Below are positions 43,501-57,500 of a stretch of DNA of 64,000 bases, one piece after another. The number at the start of each line of letters is the position of its first letter. Within the stretch, counting starts at the first letter, position 1. Source of the DNA: Eledone cirrhosa (taxonomy: Eukaryota); the NCBI GenBank assembly GCA_964016885.1, contig OZ024743.1:205654001-205718000 (forward strand), in the 5' to 3' direction. The position numbers and the translations under genes were made by a program. The notes under the pieces were generated by a model. That model was not told the DNA's origin. It saw only the letters and a list, made by a program, of their open reading frames with translations, and made no database searches.

Positions 43501-46500
43501 TCTCCACCTGATTTTTTAAAAAATTATCTCTCCTTGGACGGCTGGAAATTATCTCCCCTTGGCTGGAAATTATCTCCCCTTGGACGGCTAGAAATTATCT
43601 CTCTTTGGACGGCTGGAAATTATCTCCCCTTGATTTTTTTACAAATTATCTCCCCCAGATTTTTTTTACAAATCTCCCAGTGATTTTTTTAAAAAAATTA
43701 TCTCCCCTTCGCTGGCTGGAACTTATCTCCCCTTGGACGCTGGAAATTATAGCCCCTTGGAGGGCTGGAAGTTATCTTCGCTTCGAGGGCTGGAAATTAT
43801 CTTCCCTTGGACGGCTAGAAATTATCTCCCCTTGATTTTTTTTACAAATTATCTCCCCCTGATTTTTTTTTTACAAATTATCTCCGCCTGATTTTTTTTT
43901 TAAATTATCTCCCCTTGGACGGCTGGAAATTATCTCCCCTTGGACGGCTGGAAATTATCTCCCCTTGGACGGCTAGAAATTACGTCTCCTTGGACGGCTG
44001 AAATTTATCTCCCCTTGGACGGCTGGAAATTATCTCCCCTTGATTTTTTTTTACAAATTGTCTCCCCCTGATTTTTTTTTACAAATTATCTACCCCTGAT
44101 TTTTTTTTACAAATTATCTCCCCCTTATTTTTTTTACAAATTATCTCCCCCTGATTTTTTTTTACAAATTATCTCCCCCTGATTTTTTTACAAATCTCCC
44201 CCTAATTTAAAAAAAAATTATCTCCCCTTCGCTGGCTGGAAATTATCTCCCTTTGGACGGCTGGAAATTATAGCTGCTTGTAGGGCTGGAAATTATCTCC
44301 CCTTGGACGGCTGGAAATTATCTCCCCTTGATTTTTTTTACTAATTATCTCCCCCTGATTTTTTTTTACAAATATCTCCCCTTGGCTGCCTGGAAATTAT
44401 CTCCCCTTGGCAGGCTGGAAATGATCTCCCCTTGGACGGCTGGAAATTATCTCCCCTTGAACGGCTGGAAATTATCTCCCCTTGGACGGCTGGAAATTAT
44501 CTCCCCTTGGACGGCTGGAAATTACCTCCCCTTGGACGGCTAGAAATTACCTCTCCTTGGACGGCTGGATATTATCTCCCCTTGGACGGCTGGAAATTAT
44601 CTCGCCTTGGACGGCTGGAAATTATCTCCCCTTGATTTTGTATACAAATTATCTCCCCCTGATTTTTTTTTACAAATTATCTGCCCCTGATTATTTTTTT
44701 ACAAATTAGCTCCGCCTGATTTTTTTTTAAAATTATCTCCCCTTGGACGGCTGGAAATTATCTCCCCTTGGACGGCTGGAAATTATCTCCCCTTGAACGG
44801 CTAGAAATTACCTCTCCTTGGACGGCTGAAAATTATCTCCCCTTGGACGGCTGGAAATTATCGCCCCCTGATTTTTTTTAACAAATTATCTCCACCTGAT
44901 TTTTTTTACAAATCATCTCCGCCTGATTTTTTTAAGAAATTATCTCCCTTGGCTTGCTGGAAATTATCTTCCCTTGGACGGCTAGAAATTACCTCTCCTT
45001 GGACGGCTGGAAATTATGTCTCCTTGGACGGCTGGAAATTATCTCCCCTTGGACGGCTGGAAATTATCTCCCCTTGGACGGCTGGAAATTATCTCCCCTT
45101 GGACGGCTAGATATTACCTCTCCTTGGACGGCTGGAAATTATCTGCCCTTGGACGGCTGGAAATTATCTCCCCTTGGACGGCTGGAAATTATTTCCCCTT
45201 GATTTTTTTTACAGATTATCTCCCCCTGATTTTTTTTTACAAATCTCCCCCTAATTTAAAAAAAAATTATCTCCCCTTCGCTGGCTGGAAATTATCTTCC
45301 TTTGGACGGCTGGAAATTATAGCCGCTTGTAGGGCTGGAAATTATCTCCCCTTGGACGGCTGGAAATTATCTCCCCTTGATTTTTTTTACTAATTATCTT
45401 ACCCTGAATTTTTTTTACAAATTATCTCCGCCTGATTTTTTTAAAAAAATTATCTCCCCTTGGCTGGATGGAAATTATCTCCCCCTGGACGGCTGGAAAT
45501 TATCTCCCCTTGATTTCTTCTACAAAGTATCTACCCCTGATTTTTTTTTTACAAATTATTTCTCCCTGATTTTTTTTTACAAATATCTCCCCTTGGCTGG
45601 CTGGAAATTACCTCCCCGTGGCTGGCTGGAAATTATCTCCCCATGATATTTTTTTACAAATTAGCTCCCCCTGATTTTTTTTTACAAATTATCTCCCCCT
45701 GATTTTTTTTTACCAATCTACCCCTGATTTAAAAAAAAAATTATCTCCCCTTCGCTGGCTGGAAATTATCTCCCCTTGGACGGCTGGAAATTATCTCCCC
45801 TTGGAAGGATGGAAATTATCTCCCCTTGGACGGCTGGAAATTATCTCCCCTTGCACGGCTGGAAATTATCTCCCCTTGGACGGCTAGAAATTACCTCTCC
45901 TTGGACGGCTGAAAATTATCTCCCCTTGGACGGCTGGAAATTATCTCCCCCTGATTTTTTTTTAAAATTATCTCCCCTTGCACGGCTGGAAATTATCTCC
46001 CCTTGGACGGCTGGAAATTATCTGCCCTTGATTTTGTTTTTACAAATTATCTCCCCCTGATTTTTTTTACAAATTATCTCCACCTGATATTTAAAAAAAT
46101 TATCTCCCCTTGGACGGCTGGAAATTATCTCCCCTTGGCTGGAAATTATCTCCCCTTCGCTGGCTGGAAATTATCTCCCCTTGGACGCTGGAAATTATAG
46201 CCCCTTGGAGGCTGGAAATTATCTTCCCTTGGACGGCTGGAAATTATCTCCCCTTGATTTTTTTTACAAATTATCTCCCCCTGATTTTTTTTTACAAATT
46301 ATCTCCCCCTGATTTTTTTTTTACAAATTATCTCCGCCTGATTTTTTTTTTAAAATTATCTCCCCTTGGACGGCTGGAAATTATCTCCCCTTGGACGGCT
46401 GGAAATTATCTCCCCTTGGACGGCTAGAATTTACCTCTCCTTGGACGGCTGAAAATTATCTCCCCTTGATTTTTTTTACAAATTATCTCCCCCTGATTTT

Positions 46501-49500
46501 TTTTTTTACAAATTATCTCCCCCTGATTTTATTTTACATATTATCTACCCCTGATTTTTTTTTACAAATTATCTCCGCCTGATTTTTTTACAAATTATCT
46601 CCCCCTGATTTTTTTACAAATTATCTCCCCCTGATTTATTTTACAAATTATCTCCGCCTGATTTTTTTAAATATTATCTTCCCTTGGCTGGCGGGAAATA
46701 ATCTCCCCTTGGACGGCTGGAAATTATCTCCCCTTGGAAGGATGGAAATTATCTCCCCTTGGACGGCTGGAAATTATCTCCCCTTGCACGGCTGGAAATT
46801 ATCTCCCCTTGGACGGCTAGAAATTATCTCTCTTTGGACGGCTGGAAATTATCTCCCCTTGATTTTTTTTACAAATTATCTCCCCCTGATTTTTTTTACA
46901 AATCTCCCAGTGATTTTTTAAAAAAAATAATCTCCCTTTCGCTGGCTGGAAATTATCTCCCCTTGGACGCTGGAAATTATAGCCCCTTGGAGGGCTGGAA
47001 ATTATCTTCCCTCGGACGGCTGGAAATTATCTCCCCTTGATTTTTTTTACATATTATCTCCCCCTGATTTTTTTTTACAAATTATCTCCCCGATTTTTTT
47101 TTACAAATTATCTCCCCCTGATTTTTTTTTTACAAATTATCTCCGCCTGATTTTTAAAAAAAAATTATCTCCCCTTGGACGGCTGGAAATTATCTCCCCT
47201 TGAACGGCTGGAAATTATCTCCCCTTGGACGGCTGGAAATTATTTCCCCTTGATTTTTTTTACAAATTATCTCCCCCTGATTTTTTTTACAAATCTCCCC
47301 CTAATTTAAAAATAAATTATCTCCCCTTCGCTGGCTGGAAATTATCTCCCTTTGGACGGCTCGAAATTATAGCTGCTTGTAGGGCTGGAAATTATCTCCC
47401 CTTGGACGGCTGGAAATTATCTCCCCTTGATTTTTTTTACTAATTATCTCCCCCTGATTTTTTTTTACAAATTATCTCCGCCTGATTTTTTTTTAAAAAT
47501 TATCTCCCTGGATGGAAATTTTCTCCCCTTGGACGGCTGGAAATTATCTCCCCTTTATGTCTTCTACAAATTATCTACCCCTGATTTTTTTTTTACAAAT
47601 TATCTCTCCCTGATTTTTTTTACAAATATCTCGCCTAGGCTGGCTGGAAATTATCTCCCCTTGGCTGACTGGAAATTATCTCCCCTTGGACGGCTGGAAA
47701 TTATCTCCCCTTGGACGCCTAGAAATTACCTCTCCTTGGACAGCTGTAAATTATCTCCCCTTGGACGGCTGTAAATTATCTCCCCTTGGACGGCTGGAAA
47801 TTATCTCCCCTTGATTTTGTATACAAATTATCTCCCCCTGATTTTTTTTTACAAATTATCTGCCCCTGATTATTTTTTTACAAATTAGCAACGCCTGATT
47901 TTTTTTAAAAATTATCTCCCCTTGGACGGCTGGAAATTATCTCCCCTTGGACGGCTGGAAATTATCTCCCCTTGAACGGCTAGAAATTACCTCTCTTTGG
48001 ACGGCTGAAAATTATCTCCCCTTGGACGGCTGGAAATTATCTCCCCTTGAATTTTTTACAAATTATCTCCCCCTTATTTTTTTTTACAAATTATCTCCCC
48101 CTGATTTTTTTTTACAAATTATCTACCCCTGATTTTTTTTCCAGATTATCTCCCCCTGATTTTTTTTTACAAATTATCTCCCCCTGTTTTTTTTTACAAA
48201 TTATTTCCCCCTGATTTTTTTACAAATTATCTCCCCCTGATTTTTTTTACAAATTATCTCCGCCTGATTTTTTTAAATATTATCTTCCCTTGGCTGGCGG
48301 GAAATTATCTCCCCTTGGACGCCTGGAAATTATCTCCCCTTGGAAGGATGGAAATTATCTCCCCTTGGACGGCTGGAAATTATCTCCCCTTGCACTGCTG
48401 GAAATTATCTCCCCTTGGACGGCTGGAAATTATCTGCCCTTGATTTTGTTTTTACAAATTATCTTCCCCTGATTTTTTTTACAAATTATCTCCACCTGAT
48501 TTTTTAAAAAATTATCTCCCCTTGGACGGCTGGAAATTATCTCCCCTTGGCTGGAAATTATCTCCCCTTGGACGGCTAGAAATTATCTCTCTTTGGACGG
48601 CTGTAAATTATCTCCCCTTGATTTTTTTTACAAATTATCTCCCCCTGATTTTTTTTACAAATCTCCCAGTGATTTTTTAAAAAAATTATCTCCCCTTCGC
48701 TGGCTGGAAATTATCTCCCCTTGGACGCTGGAAATTATAGCCCCTTGGAGGGCTGGAAGTTATCTTCCCTTGGAGGGCTGGAAATTATCTTCCCTTGGAC
48801 GGCTGGAAATTATCTCCCCTTGATTTTTTTTACAAATTATCTCCCACTGATTTTTTTTTACAAATTATCTCCCCCTGATTTTTTTTTTACAAATTATCTC
48901 CGCCTGATTTTTTTTAAAAATTATCTCCCCTTGGACGGCTGGAAATTATCTCCCCTTGGACGGCTGGAAATTATATCCCCTTGGACGGCTAGAAATTACC
49001 TCTCCTTGGACGGCTGAAAATTATCTCCCCTTGGACGGCTGGAAATTATCTCCCCTTGATTTTTTTTACAAATTATCTCCCCCTGATTTTTTTTACAAAT
49101 TATCTCCCCCTGATTTTTTTTTACAAATTATCTCCCCCTGATTTTTTTTTACAAATTATCTCCCCCTGATTTTTTTTTACAAATTATCTCCCCCTGATTT
49201 TTTTACAAATTATCTCCCCTTGGCTGGCTGGAAATTATCTCCCCTTGGAGGCTGGAATTTATCTCCCCTTGGAGGGCTGGAAATTATCTCCCCTTGGACG
49301 GCTAGAAATTACCTCTCCTTGGACGGCTGGAAATTATCTCCCCTTGAACGGCTGGAAATTATTTCCCCTTGGACGGCTGGAAATTATCTCCCCTTGAACG
49401 GCTGGAAATTATCTCCCCTTGGACGGCTAGAAATTACCTCTCCTTGGACGGCTGGAAATTATCTCCCCTTGGACGGCTGGAAATTATCTCCCCTTGGACG

Positions 49501-51949
49501 GCTGGAAATTATCTCCCCTTGATTTTTTTTACAAATTATCTCTCCCTGATTTTTTTTACAAATATCCCCCTAATTTAAAAAAAAATTATCTCCCCTTCGC
49601 TGGCTGGACATTATCTCCCTTTGGACGGCTGGAAATTATAGCTGCTTGTCGGGCTAGAAATTATCTCCCCTTGGACGGCTGGACATTATCTCCCCTTGAT
49701 TTTTTTTACTAATTATCTACACCTGATTTTTTTTTACAAATTATCTCCGCCTGATTTTTTTTTTTAAATTATCTCCCCTTGGCTGGATGGAAATTTTCTC
49801 CCCTTCGACGGCTGGAAATTATCTCCCCTTGATGTCTTCTACAAATTATCTACCCCTGATTTTTTTTTTACAAATCATCTCTCCCTGATTTTTTTTACAA
49901 ATATCTCCCCTTGGCTGGCTGGAAATTATCTCCCCTTGGCTGGCTGGAAATTATCTCCCCTTGGACGGCTGGAAATTATCTCCCCTTGGACGCCTAGAAA
50001 TTACCTCTCCTTGGACAGCTGTAAATTATCTCCCCTTGGACGGCTGGAAATTCTCTCGCCTTGGACGGCTGGAAATTATCACCCCTTGGACGGCTATAAA
50101 TTATCTCTCCTTCGACGGCTGGAAATTATCTCCCCTTGATTTTTTTACAAATTATCTCCCCCTGATTTTTTTTTACCAATCTACCCCTGATTTAAAAAAA
50201 AAATTATCTCCTCTTCGCTAGCTGGAAATTATCTCCCCTTGGACGGCTGGAAATTATCTCTCCTTGATTTATTTTACAAATTATCTACCCTGATTTTTTT
50301 ACAAATTATCTCCCCGATTTTTTTTTACAAATTATCTCCCCCTGATTTTTTTTTTACAAATTATCTCCGCCTGATTTTTTTAAAATTATCTCCCCTTGGC
50401 TGGATGGAAATTATCTCCCCTTGGACGGCTGGAAATTATCTCCCCTTGCACGGCTGGAAATTATCTTCCCTTGGACGGCTAGAAATTACCTCTCCTTGGA
50501 CGGCTGAAAATTATCTCCCCTTGGACGGCTGGAAATTATCTCCCCCTGATTTTTTTTACAAATTATCTCCCCTTGCACGGCTGGAAATTATCTCCCCTTG
50601 GACGGCTGGAAATTATCTGCCCTTGATATTGTTTTTACAAATTATCTCCCCCTGATTTTTTTTACAAATTATCTCCACCTGATATTTTAAAAAATTATCT
50701 CCCTTGGACGGGTGGAAATTATCTCCCCTTGGACGGCTTGAAATTATCTCCCCTTGGACGGCTAGAAATTACCTCTCCTTGGACGGCTGAAAATTATCTC
50801 CCCTTGATTTTTTTTACAAATTATCTCCCCCTGATTTTTTTTTTTACAAATTATCTCCCCCTGATTTTATTTTACATATTATCTACCCCTGATTTTTTTT
50901 TACAAATTATCTCCACCTGATCTTTTTTACAAATTATCTCCCCCTGATTTTTTTTTTACAAATTATCTCCCCCTGATTTTTTTACAAATTATCTCCCCCT
51001 AATTTATTTTACAAATTATCTCCGCCTGATTTTTTTAAATATTAACTTTCCTTGGCTGGCGGGAAATAATCTCCCCTTGGAAGGATGGAAATTATCTCCC
51101 CTTGGACGGCTGGAAATTATCTCCCCTTGCACGGCTGGAAATTATCTCCCCTTGGACGGCTGGAAATTATCTCCCCTTGGCTGGAAATTATCTCCCCTTG
51201 GACGGCTAGAAATTATCTCTCTTTGGACGGCTGGAAATTATCTCCCCTTGATTTTTTTTACAAATTATCTCCCCCTGATTTTTTTTACAAATCTCCCAGT
51301 GATTTTTTAAAAAAAATTATCTCCCTTTCGCTGGCTGGAAATTATCTCCCCTTGGACGCTGGAAATTATAGCCCCTTGGAGGGCTGGAAATTATCTTCCC
51401 TTGGACGGCTGGAAATTATCTCCCCTTGATTTTTTTTACATATTATCTCCCCCTGATTTTTTTTTACAAATTATCTCCCCGATTTTTTTTTACAAATTAT
51501 CTCCCCCTGATTTTTTTTTTACAAATTATCTCCGTCTGATTTTTTTTAAAAATTATCTCCCCTTGGACGGCTGGAAATTATCTCCCCTTGGACGGCTGGA
51601 AATTATCTCCCCTTGGACGGCTAGAAATTACCTCTCCTTGGACGGCTGAAAATTATCTCCCCTTGGACGGCTGGAAATTATCTCCCCTTGATTTTTTTTA
51701 CAAATTATCTCCCCCTGATTTTTTTTTACAAATTATCTCCCCCTGATTTTTTTTTTATAAATTATCTCCCCCTGATTTTTTTTACAAATTATCTCCCCCT
51801 GATTTTTTTACAAATTATCTCCCCTTGGCTGGCTGGAAATTATCTCCCCTTGGAGGCTGGAATTTATCTCCCCTTGGACGGCTGGAAATTATCTCCCCTT
51901 GAACGGCTGGAAATTATCTCCCCTTGGACGGCTGGAAATTATCTCCCCT

Positions 51950-53770
51950 TGGACGGCTGGAAATTATCTCCCCTTGATTTTGTATACAAATTATCTCCCC
52001 CTGATTTTTTTTTACAAATTATCTGCCCCTGATTATTTTTTTACAAATTAGCTCCGCCTGATTTTTTTTTAAAATTATCTCCCCTTGGACGGCTGGAAAT
52101 TATCTCCCCTTGGACGGCTGGAAATTATCTCCCCTTGAACGGCTAGAAATTACCTCTCCTTGGACGGCTGAAAATTATCTCCCCTTGGACGGCTGGAAAT
52201 TATCGCCCCCTGATTTTTTTTAACAAATTATCTCCACCTGATTTTTTTTACAAATCATCTCCGCCTGATTTTTTTAAAAAATTATCTCCCTTTCGCTGGC
52301 TGGAAATTATCTCCCCTTGGACGCTGGAAATTATAGCCCCTTGGACGGCTGGAAATTATCTCCCCTTGATTTTTTTTACATATTATCTCCCCCTGATTTT
52401 TTTTTACGAATTATCTCCCCGATTTTTTTTTACAAATTATCTCCCCCTGATTTTTTTTTACAAATTATCTCCGCCTGATTTTTTTACAAAAATTATCTCC
52501 CCTTGGACGGCTGGAAATTATCTCCCCTTGAACGGCTGGAAATTATCTCCCCTTGGACGGCTGGAAATTATCTCCCCTTGGACGGCTGGAAATTATCTCC
52601 CCTTGGACGGCTGGAAATTATCTCCCCTTGGACGGCTAGAAATTACCTCTCCTTGGACGGCTGGAAATTATCTCCCCTTGGACAGCTGGAAATTATCTCC
52701 CCTTGGACGGCTGGAAATTATTTCCCCTTGATTTTTTTTTTCAAATTATCTCCCCCTGATTTTTTTTACAAATCTCCCCCTAATTTAAAAAAAATTATCT
52801 CCCCTTCGCTGGCTGGAAATTATCTCCCTTTGGACGGCTGGAAATTATAGCTGCTTGTAGGGCTAGAAATTATCTCCCCTTGGACGGCTGGAAATTATCT
52901 CCCCTTGATTTTTTTTACTAATTATCTCCCCCTGATTTTTTTTTACAAATATCTCCCCTTGGCTGCCTGGAAATTATCTCCCCTTGGCAGGCTGGAAATG
53001 ATCTCCCCTTGGACGGCTGGAAATTATCTCCTCTTGGACGCCTAGAAATTACCTCTCCTTGGACAGCTGTAAATTATCTCCCCTTGGACGGCTGGAAATT
53101 ATCTCGCCTTGGACGGCTGGAAATTATCTCCCCTTGATTTTGTATACAAATTATCTCCCCCTGATTTTTTTTTACAAATTATCTGCCCCTGATTATTTTT
53201 TTACAAATTAGCTCCGCCTGATTTTTTTTTAAAATTATCTCCCCTTGGACGGCTGGAAATTATCTCCCCTTGGACGGCTGGAAATTATCTCCCCTTGAAC
53301 GGCTAGAAATTACCTCTCCTTGGACGGCTGAAAATTATCTCCCCTTGGACGGCTGGAAATTATCGCCCCCTGATTTTTTTTAACAAATTATCTCCACCTG
53401 ATTTTTTTTACAAATCATCTCCGCCTGATTTTTTTAAAAAATTATCTCCCTTTCGCTGGCTGGAAATTATCTCCCCTTGGACGCTGGAAATTATAGCCCC
53501 TTGGACGGCTGAAAATTATCTCCCCTTGATTTTTTTTACATATTATCTCCCCCTGATTTTTTTTTACGAATTATCTCCCCGATTTTTTTTTACAAATTAT
53601 CTCCCCCTGATATTTTTTTACAAATTATCTCCGCCTGATTTTTTTAAAAAAATTATCTCCCCTTGGACGGCTGGAAATTATCTCCCCTTGAACGGCTGGA
53701 AATTATCTCCCCTTGGACGGCTGGAAATTATCTCCCCTTGGACGGCTGGAAATTATCTCCCCTTGGACGG
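51950..53770 (+). repeat. Nested ~0.65 kb repeat at +1160 inside the 9,165-bp unit (also in copy 2 at ~61115-62935)
   Basis: 52366/53526 and 61531/62691. The TTTTGTATAC...TTACGAATT module occurs twice per unit. Confidence 0.85.
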
Positions 53771-54277
53771 CTAGAAATTACCTATCCTTGGACGGCTGGA
53801 AATTATCTCCCCTTGGACGGCTGGAAATTATTTCCCCTTGATTTTTTTTACAAATTATCTCCCCCTGATTTTTTTTACAAATCTCCCCCTAATTTAAAAA
53901 AAAATTATCTCCCCTTCGCTGGCTGGAAATTATCTCCCTTTGGACGGCTGGAAATTATAGCTGCTTGTAGGGCTGGAAATTATCTCCCCTTGGACGGCTG
54001 GAAATTATCTCCCCTTTATGTCTTCTACAAATTATCTACCCCTGATTTTTTTTTTACAAATTATCTCCGCCTGATTTTTTTTTACAAATTATCTGCGCCT
54101 GATTTTTTTTTACAAATTAGCTACGCCTGATTTTTTAAAAAATTATCTCCCCTTGGACGGCTGGAAATTATCTCCCCTTGGACGGCTGGAAATTATCTCC
54201 CCTTGGACGGCTAGAAATTATCTCTCTTTGGACGACTGGAAATTATCTCCCCTTGGACGGCTGCAAATTATCTCCCC

Positions 54278-54565
54278 TTGATTTTTTTTACAAATTATCT
54301 CCCCCTGATTTTTTTTACAAATTATCTCCCCCTGATTTTTTTTTACAAATTATCTACCCCTGATTTTTTTACAAATTATCTCCCCCTGATTTTTTTTTAC
54401 AAATTATCTCCCCCTGATTTTTTTTACAAATTATCTCCCCCTGATTTTTTTTTACAAATTATCTCCCCCTGATTTTTTTACAAATTATCTCCCCCTGATT
54501 TTTTTTTACAAATTATCTCCCCCTGATTTTTTTACAAATTATCTCCCCCTGATTTTTTTAAAAAT
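54278..54565 (+). repeat. Type B monomer ACAAATTATCTCCCCCTGA(T)n; example long pure run (about 10 units)
   Basis: Consecutive units differ mainly in T-tract length. Similar long runs lie at ~2563-2790, ~17198-17460, ~37346-37632 and ~63443-63730. Confidence 0.93.
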
Positions 54566-57500
54566 TATCTTCCCTGGGCTGGCGGGAAATTATCTCCCCT
54601 TGGACGGCTGGAAATTATCTTCCCTTGGCTGGATGGAAATTATCTCCCCCTGGACGGCTGGAAATTATCTCCCCTTGATTTCTTCTACAAAGTATCTACC
54701 CCTGATTTTTTTTTTACAAATTATTTCTCCCTGATTTTTTTTTACAAATATCTCCCCTTGGCTGGCTGGAAATTACCTCCCCGTGGCTGGCTGGAAATTA
54801 TCTCCCCCTGATATTTTTTTACAAATTAGCTCCCCCTGATTTTTTTTTACAAATTATCTCCCCCTGATTTTTTTTTACCAATCTACCCCTGATTTAAAAA
54901 AAAAATTATCTCCCCTTCGCTGGCTGGAAATTATCTCCCCTTGGACGGCTGGAAATTATCTCCCCTTGGAAGGATGGAAATTATCTCCCCTTGGACGGCT
55001 GGAAATTATCTCCCCTTGCACGGCTGGAAATTATCTCCCCTTGGACGGCTAGAAATTACCTCTCCTTGGACGGCTGAAAATTATCTCCCCTTGGACGGCT
55101 GGAAATTATCTCCCCCTGATTTTTTTTTAAAATTATCTCCCCTTGCACGGCTGGAAATTATCTCCCCTTGGACGGCTGGAAATTATCTGCCCTTGATTTT
55201 GTTTTTACAAATTATCTCCCCCTGATTTTTTTTACAAATTATCTCCACCTGATATTTAAAAAAATTATCTCCCCTTGGACGGCTGGAAATTATCTCCCCT
55301 TGGCTGGAAATTATCTCCCCTTCGCTGGCTGGAAATTATCTCCCCTTGGACGCTGGAAATTATAGCCCCTTGGAGGCTGGAAATTATCTTCCCTTGGACG
55401 GCTGGAAATTATCTCCCCTTGATTTTTTTTACAAATTATCTCCCCCTGATTTTTTTTTACAAATTATCTCCCCCTGATTTTTTTTTTACAAATTATCTCC
55501 GCCTGATTTTTTTTTTAAAATTATCTCCCCTTGGACGGCTGGAAATTATCTCCCCTTGGACGGCTGGAAATTATCTCCCCTTGGACGGCTAGAATTTACC
55601 TCTCCTTGGACGGCTGAAAATTATCTCCCCTTGATTTTTTTTACAAATTATCTCCCCCTGATTTTTTTTTTTACAAATTATCTCCCCCTGATTTTATTTT
55701 ACATATTATCTACCCCTGATTTTTTTTTACAAATTATCTCCGCCTGATTTTTTTACAAATTATCTCCCCCTGATTTTTTTACAAATTATCTCCCCCTGAT
55801 TTATTTTACAAATTATCTCCGCCTGATTTTTTTAAATATTATCTTCCCTTGGCTGGCGGGAAATAATCTCCCCTTGGACGGCTGGAAATTATCTCCCCTT
55901 GGAAGGATGGAAATTATCTCCCCTTGGACGGCTGGAAATTATCTCCCCTTGCACGGCTGGAAATTATCTCCCCTTGGACGGCTAGAAATTATCTCTCTTT
56001 GGACGGCTGGAAATTATCTCCCCTTGATTTTTTTTACAAATTATCTCCCCCTGATTTTTTTTACAAATCTCCCAGTGATTTTTTAAAAAAAATAATCTCC
56101 CTTTCGCTGGCTGGAAATTATCTCCCCTTGGACGCTGGAAATTATAGCCCCTTGGAGGGCTGGAAATTATCTTCCCTCGGACGGCTGGAAATTATCTCCC
56201 CTTGATTTTTTTTACATATTATCTCCCCCTGATTTTTTTTTACAAATTATCTCCCCGATTTTTTTTTACAAATTATCTCCCCCTGATTTTTTTTTTACAA
56301 ATTATCTCCGCCTGATTTTTAAAAAAAAATTATCTCCCCTTGGACGGCTGGAAATTATCTCCCCTTGAACGGCTGGAAATTATCTCCCCTTGGACGGCTG
56401 GAAATTATTTCCCCTTGATTTTTTTTACAAATTATCTCCCCCTGATTTTTTTTACAAATCTCCCCCTAATTTAAAAATAAATTATCTCCCCTTCGCTGGC
56501 TGGAAATTATCTCCCTTTGGACGGCTCGAAATTATAGCTGCTTGTAGGGCTGGAAATTATCTCCCCTTGGACGGCTGGAAATTATCTCCCCTTGATTTTT
56601 TTTACTAATTATCTCCCCCTGATTTTTTTTTACAAATTATCTCCGCCTGATTTTTTTTTAAAAATTATCTCCCTGGATGGAAATTTTCTCCCCTTGGACG
56701 GCTGGAAATTATCTCCCCTTTATGTCTTCTACAAATTATCTACCCCTGATTTTTTTTTTACAAATTATCTCTCCCTGATTTTTTTTACAAATATCTCGCC
56801 TAGGCTGGCTGGAAATTATCTCCCCTTGGCTGACTGGAAATTATCTCCCCTTGGACGGCTGGAAATTATCTCCCCTTGGACGCCTAGAAATTACCTCTCC
56901 TTGGACAGCTGTAAATTATCTCCCCTTGGACGGCTGTAAATTATCTCCCCTTGGACGGCTGGAAATTATCTCCCCTTGATTTTGTATACAAATTATCTCC
57001 CCCTGATTTTTTTTTACAAATTATCTGCCCCTGATTATTTTTTTACAAATTAGCAACGCCTGATTTTTTTTAAAAATTATCTCCCCTTGGACGGCTGGAA
57101 ATTATCTCCCCTTGGACGGCTGGAAATTATCTCCCCTTGAACGGCTAGAAATTACCTCTCTTTGGACGGCTGAAAATTATCTCCCCTTGGACGGCTGGAA
57201 ATTATCTCCCCTTGAATTTTTTACAAATTATCTCCCCCTTATTTTTTTTTACAAATTATCTCCCCCTGATTTTTTTTTACAAATTATCTACCCCTGATTT
57301 TTTTTCCAGATTATCTCCCCCTGATTTTTTTTTACAAATTATCTCCCCCTGTTTTTTTTTACAAATTATTTCCCCCTGATTTTTTTACAAATTATCTCCC
57401 CCTGATTTTTTTTACAAATTATCTCCGCCTGATTTTTTTAAATATTATCTTCCCTTGGCTGGCGGGAAATTATCTCCCCTTGGACGCCTGGAAATTATCT

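Larger units (their letters stand above)
19600..54500 (+). repeat. Two colinear tandem copies of a ~17-18 kb higher-order unit (~19.6-37.6 kb and ~37.6-54.5 kb) with internal indels
   Basis: Offsets of matching landmarks: 20700/38738 (+18038), 24816/42855 (+18039), 25837/43605 (+17768), 29779/46003 (+16224), 34398/50729 (+16331), 36592/53526 (+16934). Boundaries are approximate. Confidence 0.85.
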
